The notes beneath the pieces are model-generated. The model saw nothing but the letters and a program-made list of their open reading frames with translations, had not been told where the DNA came from and ran no database searches. A stretch of DNA of 64,000 nucleotides from Hydrurus foetidus (lineage: Eukaryota), in the NCBI GenBank assembly GCA_900617105.1, contig UYFQ01000740.1, positions 1 to 64,000 of the forward strand, given 5' to 3'. Below are positions 1-12,750 of the stretch, piece after piece (positions within the stretch are counted from its first letter, which is position 1; each line of letters starts with the position of its first letter). The position numbers were made by a program, and so were the translations under genes.

Positions 1-81
1 AAGTTTCCTGCCGAGAAATTTTTCTTCTCCTCTCTCTTTCCATCCGTCTCCTCCTCCAACTTTACCCGCAACGCCAACATC

Positions 82-1436
82 ATGGCAGTACGACGCCAGG
101 AGAAGAAGACCAGCTCCATCAACGCCCTCCGACGACAGCAGCCTCGAGCTGTGGCCGTCGCTTTCCGCCAACGTTATGAGGAGCATACCCAACGACGAGC
201 AGACGCAGATTTTCCTGGGTCACCTGCGACTCAGGACCCCGCTGGCGACCTGTCTGCACCGATTCCTCAGCGGAATTCGGAGCCTGCGGTCATGTCTGCC
301 ATTGATGTCCCTGTCATTTCTGCATTGAACGCTCTGTCGTTACAACCAGCTTCGGCTGCGACACCAGCTTCGGCAGAGATTCCTATTCCAAGGACGATGG
401 CACCACCCCAGCAATATGTGCAAACGGGTGAGAGAGCTCCTAAGTTGAGCGCCGTGCCCTCTCGTCAGGAAGTACTACGGGTAATGGAAGTCCTCCTTTC
501 AAATGGAACTCCATTTAAACCAGTTGATGTAGTCCATGTTTCCAACCATCAATCGTTTACAACGCTTCTCAAGCGTAAGTTTGCAACTGATCCCGATCGT
601 CGCGACTCCTGTAACAATTGGAAACATTGGTCGAATCAATTGTTCTGTAGAGAACTCAACATCACAGTTCCTACATCAGCTGTCAATCGAACTGACAAGC
701 TGAGTTTCATTGAAACTGTTTCTCAGGTCGCACTTCAATTCGACCTGAAGGATAAATCAGTGGAAGACAAGACAGATCAGCTTTTAGCTGATATTGTTGA
801 TGGATTCCCTGATGCAACACCCGCTCTCCAACTTCAGGCAACTAAAATTCTCATCGATAAGTTGCCAGTCGAACCTATCAATTGGAGAGCAGTGTTACAA
901 CGTAGTCTTAACAATACAACGCCAAGACTCATTACAATCGAAGACTTTCGATTCGTATGGCTTGCGCAGCTTGCTAAGCTACGAGAATCAATTGATGCCT
1001 TACGGTTCATTGATGTCTCTCCTTTGTATGGTGATCACTCTCGCCAAATCAAAGCCCTCCTCGTTCCTCTCAGGACAAAATCAAAAAACGTCCACGAGAG
1101 GACGAGAAATCTGTGCAATCAGACAAGTCTGACAAATTCGAAAGACCTCTGTGCACAGGTTGTGGGAGACTCGGCCATTTCGTCGCCACGTGTTTCTACA
1201 CTACGTCTCCGTACTATAACAGTACAGACGCACCCTATATCAACTCTGAGGGTCATAAGCAGTTGTTGAAAGTCGATTCAAAGGCTAAGTTTATTCCAAC
1301 TTTACCTAAGACATCGACCTCTTCTTCATCGTCTTCTTCTCTTCCTCCTCCTCCTCTTCGTCAAAACCTGCTACTTCAACAGCAGACTCGACAAACGCTG
1401 CGAAGAAACACAAAGGTGAGCAACTATGCAACCTAA
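82..1436 (+). pseudogene. gag: gag-like ORF with zinc knuckle, split by a frameshift near 1100
   Basis: ORF 82-1269 is followed by ORF 1113-1436, which carries C-X2-C-X4-H-X4-C. Confidence 0.7.
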
Positions 1437-1457
1437 ATTCATCATCTATTCTTTCCG

Positions 1458-4400
1458 ATGATCCAGAACTTATTCCTTTCTTCTCCCCTCTCACAGGAGG
1501 TTATGCTGGAAAAAAGTAATAGAGTCTTTACTCTCCTGGACACCGGCTCTTTTGCTGGCAACTTTATACATCGCCGCATTATAACTAATCATAATTTCAC
1601 ACAATTCGTTTCTAACTCTTCAAAGAAATTGTGTAAAGTTTGTAGTGGATTAGATAATCATTGTTATGATATTTCTGACACTATAGACTTAACTCTTTCT
1701 TATTTTTGCCCTGATTTAAATAATTATTATACTTTTCAAATCACGGCTTATGTTTTAAACGAATCGAAATTTGATCTAATAGTGGGACGAAAAACAATTC
1801 GCGAATTGAATTTGTTTTCACGATTCCCCGATCAAATATCTGCCAATGCTTCATCAAGCACTATCCCATTAGCGGAAGTTTTATCTTCTGAGCAAGTGGA
1901 TATAACGTGTGGCTGTCAGCCTAAGGAGAAGTTGCAACCCTCCGACGGCTCCCCAAAAGTCGATCCTTTAACCCAAAAGGTGAAACCGGCAGTCACTCAA
2001 ACACACGTTATTCTAGCTTCACTAATACAAGAGTCTGAAAGACTTTTTGAGGCTGTGCCCCCTGATGAGGATGAAATCGACGACTCGATCAAGGACTCGT
2101 TTTCACCTTGGATAGATGAATTTCCTGATACTGACCCACTCTCGCTAATAAACTTAGCAGGTGATGAAGATCAGAAAAATAAACTTCGGTTACTAGTACA
2201 CGAATTCAAGGATATATTTAGCAGTGAACTTTCGGCCACTCCTGCTGATATTCCACCGTTTGACTTTCATGTCAATGACGACCAATGGAGAGTCCCTAAA
2301 ATAGACAACCTCCATGGTCTAAATCAACAGTTGATCAAGCTGACATTCTTAGTCAAATTACAAAACTTGAAAAACATAATATTGTTGAAAAATCGAACGC
2401 GGCTTATTATAGCCAAGTTTTACTAGTTCCTAAATCTGATGGAACTAAGCGCATGTGTATTGATTTTCGGAATCTCAACAATTGTACCGAAGATAAATCA
2501 CATCCTATTCCACACATCGGTGAGATGTTGCGTAGAATAGGTGCACATAAAGCAAAAGTGTTTGCTGTACTTGACCTCACTCAAGGTTACCATCAAGCAC
2601 CACTTACACTTGCTGCACGTGCTTATACTGCATTCATACTTTTCTGCGGAGTATATCAATTCACTCGTTTACCCTTTGGGCCAAAACAAGCTCCCTCCTA
2701 TTTCCAACAGATCATGACGACTGTTGTGTTAGCAGGGCTGATATACTCTATATGCGAAATGTACATCGATGATTGCAATGTTTTCGGTAAAGACATTGAT
2801 GAACTTATTTCTAGACTTCGTCTTGTTTTGAACGCTTTAGAAAACACAAAATATTCCTTAAACCGAATAAGTGTTATCTAGGCTATGCCGAAATAGACTA
2901 TGTTGGCAAAGTTCTATCTGCAGATGGACTTAGAATGTCACAAGAAAAATACGGACTGTCTTAGATTTTCCTAAACCAGTACTATCTAAACAACTCAAAA
3001 GTTTTTAGGATTGGTTAATTATTTTCACGACTTTGTTAGAAACGCTTCTACTGTTGTATACCCGTTACATCAGTTGCTTCTTAACTATAATAAGTATAAG
3101 AAAATAACTTGGACAATAGAAGCTCTCAGAGCATTCAATTTGATCAAATCCGAGATTTCAAAATGCACGACTATGCACTTTTTAAGTGACACCGATCCGA
3201 TTTACTTGCACACTGATGCATCGGACTATGGTGTAGGTGCCTATCTTTTCCAGTTAGTTGACGGTCAAGAAACGCCCATAGCATTTGTCAGTAAATCACT
3301 CAACAAAGCTCAGCTTCGTTGGGCTGTTATACAAAAAGAAGCATATGCTATCTTTTATTCGTGCACGTATTTAAAATCGCTATTACGTGATCGTACGTTT
3401 ACATTACGAACAGATCATCGTAACTTGTTATACATAAAGGATAATTCAAATCCAATGATTGTTCGGTGGTTTATGGCCTTATCCGAATATTCATTTAAGA
3501 TTGAATATATACCTGGACCTAACAATGATATAGCTGATTCGATGTCTCGACTCTGTCGCAATAACATGGTTGATTTCCCTCAGGAATATACTCCTGATGC
3601 AATCATGTCTGCTAATATTATTGAGAAATTTAAACTAACACGTGAGCAGTACAATACAATCAGTAAAGTACACAACTCACAAGTTGGGCATTTTGGCCTT
3701 GAGCGCACTTTAAAGCGTCTCAAAGATAAAAATGAAATTTGGCAATATATGCGACAGCATGTCAGGTGGTTCATAGATCACTGTTCGTGTTGTCAGAAGA
3801 TGAGTATGTTAAAGATACCAATACATGCTCATGGCTTCTCGACTTCTACTTACACACCTATGGAATGCCTTAACATAGACTTCATAGGACCGTTTCCAGA
3901 CGGCGGGTACGTACTCGTAATTATCGATACGTTCACAAGATGGGTTGAACTGTTTCATACAGAAGATGCTACGGCACTTTCAACAGCTAAATGCCTCTTG
4001 CAACATTTCGGTCGTTTCGGCGCACCTCTCCAACTCCGTTCTGATAATGGGCCACACTTCATTTCCGAAGTTATCAAAGAGTTTCTAACTCTTATCGGCA
4101 CTCAACATTGTCTTACTTTAGCATATTCTAAAGAAGAAAATGCTATTGTTGAGCGCATGAATAAAGAAGTTAATAGACATCTTCGTGCATTAACATTCGA
4201 TAATGTCACACTAGAAGATTATAAGACGTCACTTCCTTTTGTGCAACGAATTTTAAATTCTAACCACAGTGATCGTTTAAAGATATCAGCTTCTCAACTT
4301 CTTTTCGGAAATGTACTGAAACTCGATAGAGGTATCTTTTTACCTCCTGCTGAGCGAAATGTTACTGATGACAAACCTTTGTCAAAACGCATGAGCAATC

Positions 4401-4930
4401 TACTCAAAACGCAAGATAGCCTTCTTAAAGCTTCGGCTAAAGAACTTCTTCGCACAGATTTGCTTCATCAAAGTCAGTCTCAAATTTTTCAGCATGTAGA
4501 GTATCCAAAAGACTCTTATGTCTTGGTGCACTATCGCGATGGATCACCTCCTTCACGTCTTCACACGCATTGGAGAGGTCCATTAAAAGTCGTTAGTGGC
4601 GAAAATTCGCGTTACACTTTATATGATCTAGTCACTCAGAAAACATCAGAATTTCATGTATCTGCCATGAAACCTTTTCTATTTGACCCAGTGATCACAA
4701 ATCCGTTAGATGTTGCACGACGTGATCACATGGAATACTTTGTTGAAGACATTCTTGAACATCGTGGTAAACATCAACGTACCCATATAGAGTTTTTAGT
4801 CAAATGGTTAAATAACCCTTCTGACAAAAACACTTGGGAACCTTACTCAAGCCTTCGTGACGTTGTTAAACTTCATGATTATTTGCGTCATAATAACACG
4901 ACAAAATTAATCAATAAACAACACGGTTGA
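1458..4930 (+). pseudogene. pol: pol polyprotein (PR-RT-RH-IN-chromodomain) broken by several frameshifts
   Basis: ORFs 1458-2426 (DTG protease), 2453-2881 (RT) and 3011-4930 (RH, IN, chromo). Confidence 0.9.
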
Positions 4931-5109
4931 CTTACACATATATACATCCTTGAAACTTTATCCATGAGGATTCTCTCGCATTTTTTTACCTACAAGGTCT
5001 TTTTTGGAGAGTTTAGTCAGTAAAAGTCTGACATAATTGTTTCAAGTCCTTATTAACATATATGTACTGTCTCTTTCATTTTTCATAGCACACATTATTG
5101 TAGATTTTT

Positions 5110-5129
5110 GAAAAAGGAAGAAGGGGTAG
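5110..5129 (+). other. polypurine tract
   Basis: gaaaaaggaagaaggggtag immediately before TG, downstream of the pol stop. Confidence 0.75.
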
Positions 5130-5304
5130 TGTAGCCTTATGTATCCCTATGAGGATACAATGTGATTAGGTTCACTAGGTACAATAGGCTCATTACGCCC
5201 AGATCCCAGTGGAGGTCCTAGATCCACGTAGGATATGTGTACCCTTAGCGGGCACATCACCTTACTTATTCAACTGTAACTATAATCACAACGTTATCCT
5301 AACA
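5130..5304 (+). repeat. putative 3' LTR (right end uncertain)
   Basis: Starts TGTAG right after the PPT; candidate end CTAACA at 5299-5304. There is no 5' LTR in the window to confirm it. Confidence 0.45.
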
Positions 5305-5814
5305 ACGTCGCTTTCCTGCGTCCCTCCGTTTCCCGCTCCCCGTCCTTCCAACTTCGTTCCTTCGTCCTAGGCCCCGATTTAAGCCATACACTTGTATGGT
5401 CACGTACACACGTACATACGCACGTGCACATGTTAGTACAAATTATTATATGCATACGTACACACACGTACTTACACATGTATGTACATATATAATATGT
5501 ACGTACGTACGATCGCCAATAGCGTAGTACATAGATGTATAGGTGTACATACGTAAGTACCACTGTACTTACGAATGTACGTTCTTATACATATACATGC
5601 ATACGTACCCCTGTACTATCGCCATGTATCAGTTAGTACGAACCCTCTGACCTCACGCAAATGAACGTTCGCCTTTCATGATTCTTCAGTATCGCCAAAA
5701 CACTTCGTTACTATAAGCATTTATGCAACGTTCCTCAAGCACATGCTATGAACAACACATCTCGCTGTGAACTTTGTCTCAAGGTAGTTTCACTGTCATG
5801 AACTGTTACGATAG

Positions 5815-5980
5815 CTCTTTTGCGTGGCTATCTGTAAACTCTAATCAGCTCCGTCTAATACGTTGTACTTCACAGCTTCGTCTACTCGATAGCTCACTGA
5901 ATTGAGACAGTAGCCTGCAGCTGCTTCTCCACATTCGCTGCGAACGCTAGAAGGTGACATCTTGTATTTAGTCTTACAAT
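5815..5980 (-). repeat. dispersed repeat homologous to the internal part of the hAT element (~21878-22038)
   Basis: ctgcagctgcttctccacattcgctgcgaacgctagaaggtgaca matches the reverse complement of 21897-21941 with two mismatches; similarity extends over ~150 nt. Confidence 0.8.
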
Positions 5981-6477
5981 AAGTAAACACATTTTGTAGA
6001 TTGTTATTGGTATGCAATGTGCATCAAGTCGCTTCCTCAATGCCAATTCGTATCACGTATATTGCCATTGTTACACCGTAATAATCACAGCTGTATAGTA
6101 TTTATCCGGTACTTGGTACCAAAAGTCTAGCTTTTGGTACAAATGTCATATTTACAGTTGGGTAGCTACTATCTCGCCTATACAACAACGCAGATGTAAA
6201 TCTGCGAAAGCCAGTCAAATTGCATGCGCATGACGTCTGCGATCTTATTATTGTACGGCAGGTAGAAATAACATGCAACATGAATTTATGCTTTGTGGCC
6301 CCCGTGCCAGTTTCTAATTCTTAAAAAGAATATACTAACCAAAACCTTCCCATCTTCATTTGGCCATCCACGATATGCCCTCCCGACTTCGTGCCAACGC
6401 GTGGAAACTCACATGGTAGCGATTGAAGCCTTCAAAACTTCAGAGATAGTTTTAAAGAGCCTCCGTCCAATAGAAAC

Positions 6478-7200
6478 ATGGCGAAACGAAAGAAGGGCCA
6501 GGGGCCATTTTCATCTGAAGATGATGAGGAGCCACCGCAGCCTCCTCCCGAACAACTAATACCTACTCTCCCCCTGACTCCTGCATTAGGAATTGAGGAG
6601 CCTCCCATCGGTGTTGTAATCGATGAGGAAAGCCCTCAATTCCGGGAAGCTTTAGATAGAAGAATCGCTCAAATCCAGTTGCTAAGAGATGAGAGCCCGA
6701 TTACAGATAATCCGCTAGGGTTAATCGACATCGCGCCAAGGGTGGATCTGCCGTTAGGCGATCAACCCTCGTCTAGGAGCACTGAGATAAGAGCGATTCC
6801 ACTCAACCTCCGTCCGTCAAGTCCGATACCGTCCGATGATGAATCGTCCTTTAGTAGTAGTAAAATTTCTAGTAGATTGAGTATCGGGGGAAACCCTCGC
6901 AAATATTTTTCGAGTGAGTCCTCAATAACGACAATGAAGGGTCGAAAGGACTCTAATAATAACATTAATGATAAAATCGGATCGACGCCGCGGCAAGCAG
7001 AATTCTGGGATAAAGATAGTAGTAGCACTGATAAAGAACAAGAGAATAAATATTCGAAGAAGAAACCATGCAATAAAATGGTCAAAAGAATACATTATCG
7101 AAGGAACTCCACTGTCCTATTATCCGGAATAGGAAAATATGTAATCGACATAAATATGCCAGACAAATTCGTACTCATGGTCATCGTACCGAGCCAATAA
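6478..7200 (+). CDS. low-complexity ORF of unknown function, possibly a TE relic
   Basis: 240-aa P/S/D/E-rich ORF in a TE-rich zone, no recognisable domain. Confidence 0.25.
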   Translation: MAKRKKGQGPFSSEDDEEPPQPPPEQLIPTLPLTPALGIEEPPIGVVIDEESPQFREALDRRIAQIQLLRDESPITDNPLGLIDIAPRVDLPLGDQPSSRSTEIRAIPLNLRPSSPIPSDDESSFSSSKISSRLSIGGNPRKYFSSESSITTMKGRKDSNNNINDKIGSTPRQAEFWDKDSSSTDKEQENKYSKKKPCNKMVKRIHYRRNSTVLLSGIGKYVIDINMPDKFVLMVIVPSQ

Positions 7201-7823
7201 TGACAGAAGAAAATACTCATGGATTCTCGAATAGGAAAATTATATTAGTACCTAGAGTAGAATGACACGATGACGTTTTTTGATAATATTGTCCAGCAAG
7301 GTGCTTTTGTTGTAGCTTCGGTTGAGTGAATGGTGACTCGAAAGCTGTTTCGCAACTGTAAGAGAAATGCCGGATAATTTTGAAATTCCTTTTGCTCGTA
7401 ACAATGCTTTCTTTGAAAATCCACAGTTCCTTGTGATTTCATCGTCGAGTGCACTGGACGCTAGATTCTCACTGCTATTCTCAGCCATTCCAGCTCGAGA
7501 TTCTAGGATATGCTGCACTGTCGACGATTCGATGGTGTACTATAGTGTGATTAAGAATTTTCGTATTTGAATTCTGCTGAATTCAATTTCTCGATTGAAT
7601 TCGATGGCCTGTTTTTAGGGGTGTTGGATTCAGAAGAATTCAATGGTAAAAATCGACTGAATTCATCTGAATTCTCCAGAATTTGGCAAAAATGGCCAAA
7701 AAAGTGGCGATGTAGAATGACCCTAAGGCTTGGCCTTACGGTCTCTGTACGAAATTACCGTTTTTTATTTTTCCTTTCAGTTCCAAATTATTCAAATTCT
7801 TGGTTCTTTGGTTCTTGATTCTG

Positions 7824-7885
7824 GGTTCCGAGTTCCGAGTTCCGAGTTCCGAGTTCCGAGTTCCGAGTTCCGAGTTCCGAGTTCC
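7824..7885 (+). repeat. heptamer tandem repeat (GTTCCGA)n, about 8-9 units
   Basis: Read directly. A shorter reverse-complement version lies at ~15173-15201, upstream of the second AK gene. Confidence 0.9.
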
Positions 7886-8067
7886 AGTTTGAAATAATGA
7901 AATAATGCAGCAACGTATCCTACACAGCTGATTCAACATGGGTCAACTGTGCACATCATCAACAATTCCATGTAGCCCAAAACCAAACCTCTAAGCGTCT
8001 TCTCTCCCTCCAGCCCACTGGTTGATGAAAACAACTGGCAAACAACGAGCACACAATCTACGTCATA

Positions 8068-9613
8068 ATGATGAATTTCTATTCGCGTTGGCCACTTCTG
8101 TGCATCATCCTGGCATCAACGATCATTGTTACCACCAATGGTCACTTTACAACAAGATTTTCTCATGGGGTCGTTAAATCGAACCCATCTGTGAACACGC
8201 TTTCCTTTAGAGGTGTTGCACAGCAACGGAGGAAAAGAACTCTCGAAATGGTCAACAAAAATCAACCTTCGACAACACCAAAAATCATCATTGCGGGAGC
8301 ACCGGCAGCTGGGAAGGGAACCCAGTGTGAAATGATAAAAGCCAAGTACGGTCTAGTACACCTGTCGACCGGAGATATACTGAGAGAGGCTGTCAAGCAA
8401 GGAACACCATTGGGAGTAAAAGCAAAGGCATTCATGGAAGGTGGGCAGCTTGTCCCCGACGACTTGATAACGGGACTGATATGTGATCGCTTGAAAGAGA
8501 GCGACTGTCAGACCAACGGGTGGTTGTTGGATGGCTTTCCTCGCACGAGATCACAGGCAGAGGCTCTGTCAAGTGCTGGTATGGTGCCTGACTGCTTCTT
8601 GATGTTGGATGTTCCCGAGGATATTTTGGTGGAGAGAGTAACTGGAAGAAGGACTGATCCTGCTACTGGCAAGATCTATCACATGAAGTTCAATCCTCCA
8701 GAGAATGACGAAGTCGCATCACGACTGGTGCAACGCAGTGACGATACAGCTGAGAAGATAATAGTGCGTTACAAGGAATTTCAAAGTCACATCGAAGCAG
8801 TTAAATCTTGCTATGAGGATAAGATGGTTCGTGTGGACGGCAGTACATCACAGGATGCAGTGCGCAAGTGCGTCAGTGACGCTATAATTCGAAGTATGCT
8901 ACAATCGACAGAAGTTAAAAAGAACACAAACTTAAGAATCATTATTGCGGGAGCTCCAGCAGCTGGGAAGGGAACCCAGTGTGAAATGATAAAAGCCAAG
9001 TACGGTCTAGTGCACCTGTCGACCGGAGATATACTGAGAGAGGCTGTCAAGCAAGGAACACCATTGGGAGTAAAAGCAAAGGCATTCATGGAAGGTGGGC
9101 AGCTTGTCCCCGACGACTTGATAACGGGACTGATATGTGATCGCTTGAAAGAGAGCGACTGTCAGACCAACGGGTGGTTGTTGGATGGCTTTCCTCGCAC
9201 GAGATCACAGGCAGAGGCTCTGTCAAGTGCTGGTATGGTGCCTGACTGCTTCTTGATGTTGGATGTTCCCGAGGATATTTTGGTGGAGAGAGTAACTGGA
9301 AGAAGGACTGATCCTGCTACTGGCAAGATCTATCACATGAAGTTCAATCCTCCAGAGAATGACGAAGTCGCATCACGACTGGTGCAACGCAGTGACGATA
9401 CAGCTGAGAAGATAATAGTGCGTTACAAGGAATTTCAAGGTCACATCGAAGCAGTTAAATCTTGCTACGAGGATAAGATGGTTCGTGTGGACGGCAGTAC
9501 ATCACAGGATGCAGTGCGCAAGTGCGTCAGCGATGCTCTTGATAAAGCGGCCGAGAGCAGACGATCATTACTGGAAGATACTTCTGGAACAGTCAAAGAA
9601 GTGAAAAAGATAG
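8068..9613 (+). CDS. ADK: plastid-targeted tandem double adenylate kinase (exon 1; probably spliced to the LrgB exon; the unspliced ORF ends at 9624)
   Basis: Signal peptide and transit-like leader, then two AK domains with GAPAAGKGTQ, HLSTGDILR, WLLDGFPR and the chloroplast-type GRRTDPATGKIYH..QRSDD. Confidence 0.93.
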
Positions 9614-9700
9614 GTATCCCATGAAATTTTTGCAAATTAGACTTTTTGATGTTGATTTAAGTATAACAGCTAACTTTCCTTAACTTTGTACTAATCTCAG

Positions 9701-11028
9701 GACTTCTCGACATTCAAGGAGGATCAACAAGTCAATTGTCAACATCTCAAAAGTCCATGGGTCAAGCGGCATTTGGAACACTATTTCTAATTGTGATGGA
9801 CAAAGCTATAGCTAAACTATTCAAGGCGAAGAACTGGTCATTTCCCTCCGCTCTCGGTGCCATGGTGGGAGTCTTTCTGACACTGTGCACATTCCGAGTG
9901 TTTAATGAAGATCTAGCGGAAGGCATTTCTGATGGTCTCTCTCCTGCAGTCTCGTTGATAAAGGCCTGGTTGCCCTTGTTCTTCGTACCTCCTCTTGTCG
10001 TGCTTCCCTTGAAGATGCATCTTTTGAAAGGTGTTGGTGTCCAGCTCTCACTAGTGGTCGCGATTGGGTCTGTTCTGTCTCTCACTTCCGCGGGATTATT
10101 CGCACAACTGGTAGACAATTTGTTCCCTGTCACCAAGGTGGAGGGTGCTGCACCTGCTTCACCGGTGGTTTCCGCTCCCCTTCCATCTCTGCCTCCACTA
10201 TCCATTCCTGCAGCAGCAACCGCATTGTTCTTGGCAGGCAGCAAACTACTCCCCCTAATTGCCCCTTCAGCATCTCCGATGGTACGCGGTCTCGTGCAGG
10301 GTGCCTTCGGGGCAGCGGCTACTGTAACGGGCTATATTACAGGCACCAAGCTACCTGCGAAAGTGAAGAAAATCGCACATCCCGTTTTGATCTGTGCTGC
10401 ACTCACCACCGCATTGCTGGTAGTATTTGGGTCACTCAACGGAATCGCAACTGCAGCAGTGCTGTCACAGTACTTCGGGTCAGGGTCAATGCGAGGATCA
10501 GGGGACATCATATCGTCTATGCTGGGACCGGCAATCATCAGTTTTGGAATCCAGCTCTACCAATACAGAGCAATGCTAAGGGAGAACATTTTCAGAGTCA
10601 TGAGCACAACAGCATTTTCAGCCTCTTTTGGTCTCACCAGTTCAGCTTTACTAGTCAAGGCCTTCAAGTTAGCACCCAAGCAGACTGCCTTCGCTCCTCT
10701 AACAAGATGCATAACAACCCCTCTAGCCTTGGCCGGTGCCCGTCTGACCGGCGCCGACCCCTCACTGTCGGCATTCGTCGTGGTGGTGACAGGTATTCTC
10801 GGTGCTAGTCTTGGAGAGTCATTGTTGGAGGCCGTTGGAGTTAAGGAACCTGTCTCAGTCGGCTTGGCTGTTGGTGCTGGTGCCCATGGCCTGGGCGCGG
10901 CTGCCGTGGCTAACGATCCTATCAAGTTCGCGTCAGCGGTAGTATCAATGACGTTGACAGGTCTCTGGACTGTCGCCCTCATGTCGTATACTCCACTCAG
11001 GCAGTGGCTTGTGAAGTTGTGTCTGTAG
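9701..11028 (+). CDS. PLGG1: LrgA/LrgB family multi-TM transporter, PLGG1-like plastid glycolate/glycerate transporter (exon 2 of the AK fusion)
   Basis: LrgA-like FPSALGAM..WLPLFFVPPLVVLPL; LrgB-like LGPAIISFG, RCITTPLAL, VVTGILGA, GLAVGAGAHGLG; no presequence of its own. Confidence 0.85.
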
Positions 11029-11185
11029 TCTAGTAAGTGAGACTATCAATATCTGTTGGCCTACAGCCTGTACATAATTAGAACTCCGTTACTCCCTACA
11101 GAATGTTCCCTACTTTTGATTGTAAGAATTATTCTGCATCATCACATCGCAACGTGATAGGGGCAGATCCGGTAAATTCGGTCGT

Positions 11186-11342
11186 ATTCACGTCTTCAGT
11201 GGTGTCAATGTTACTATGACGTTGACAAGTTTGTGGGCAGTCGGTACTTCGCCCTCGCAGTGACTCGAGATGTTCTGTATGTAGTCTGTCAAGTGAGGCT
11301 ACCAATATCTATTGCTATACAACCTGTTCAGTATTAGAGCTC
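11186..11342 (+). pseudogene. degenerate tandem duplicate of the LrgB 3' end and 3' UTR (copy of ~10927-11087)
   Basis: Shared blocks in the same order: tcaatg, atgacgttgaca, gcagtg, tgtagtct, aagtgag, caatatct, attaga. Confidence 0.65.
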
Positions 11343-11646
11343 AGTCATAATCAAAATTTTCAATTCTTGATTTCGAGAATTGTTACGTATCGTCATACCG
11401 CAATGCTCCGATCTGGTCACTTTAGTTATTTTCGCATCTGCAGCGAACTCTACCACTTTGACAGGTCGCCGTGCATTGTTCTCGCGCGACCAGTGGCATG
11501 GGCCTGTTGTTCGGTAAGTGAGGCTGTCAATTCGTTGTGCTTTCTGCCTGTATTTGTGAAACGGTCCATCAGACGTCGTATTCCCTGATGTTTATTTCGG
11601 TATCGCGTTACTGGGATGTGGTGAGGGCAGATCCATTTAGACTGGT

Positions 11647-11662
11647 GGTGTTTAGAAACACC
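11647..11662 (-). promoter_or_regulatory. histone mRNA 3' stem-loop (H4)
   Basis: Minus strand CAAAAC-GGTGTT-TCTA-AACACC-ACCA, about 40 nt after the stop. Confidence 0.85.
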
Positions 11663-11700
11663 GTTTTGGGAGTTGATCGATATGGAGTACTCGGAGTATT

Positions 11701-12045
<345 letters not shown>

Positions 12046-12237
12046 TTATGACAACGATTCCAATCCTTGAAAAACAACTCTCGACTCTTGGGTGACCGGT
12101 GACCTTCTTTGTTCACTCAGCATGATGGTGCTCCACACGAGAAAAAGGAAAACGCTTTCATACATAAAAACTGAAAATGTGAAGTGACATCTGATCTGCT
12201 GAACAGAGCGTGACTAAATTCTTCACAGTCTATCTGA

Positions 12238-12687
<450 letters not shown>

Positions 12688-12734
12688 ACTGAGAACAGTC
12701 CCAGACGAAACCATAGTCTTCACAAAACAACAAA

Positions 12735-12750
12735 GGTGTTTCTCAACACC
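12735..12750 (+). promoter_or_regulatory. histone mRNA 3' stem-loop (H3)
   Basis: CAAA-GGTGTT-TCTC-AACACC-ACCA, 47 nt after the stop. Confidence 0.85.

Larger units (their letters stand above)
82..5304 (+). mobile_element. Ty3/gypsy LTR retrotransposon of chromovirus type, with frameshifted gag-pol; 5' LTR outside the window
   Basis: Domain order gag (CCHC knuckle CTGCGRLGHFVATC), protease (LLDTGS), RT (LDLTQGYHQ, YIDD), RNase H (LHTDASDYGVG), integrase (HHCC, D-D-E, GPY/F-like WRGPLKV), chromodomain (YFVEDILEHR..EFLVKW..NTWEP). A polypurine tract at 5110-5129 is followed by TGTAG. Confidence 0.93.

Noticed and set aside
5294..5640. 89-aa ORF in the GTAC/ACAT-rich tract
   Set aside because: Low-complexity alternating purine-pyrimidine sequence; the translation looks spurious
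6116..6140. Hairpin GTACCAAAAG-TCTAG-CTTTTGGTAC as a Helitron end or terminator
   Set aside because: Isolated 10-bp stem with no other supporting hallmarks
7824..7885. Tandem repeat as a CRISPR array or telomere
   Set aside because: Simple heptamer with no spacers, eukaryotic context, not a TTAGGG-type motif
9736..11028. LrgB as an independent or bacterial-type antiholin gene
   Set aside because: The ORF-track start is TTG, there is no presequence, and a good in-frame splice acceptor lies at 9700; a fused LrgA-LrgB form is typical of plastid PLGG1
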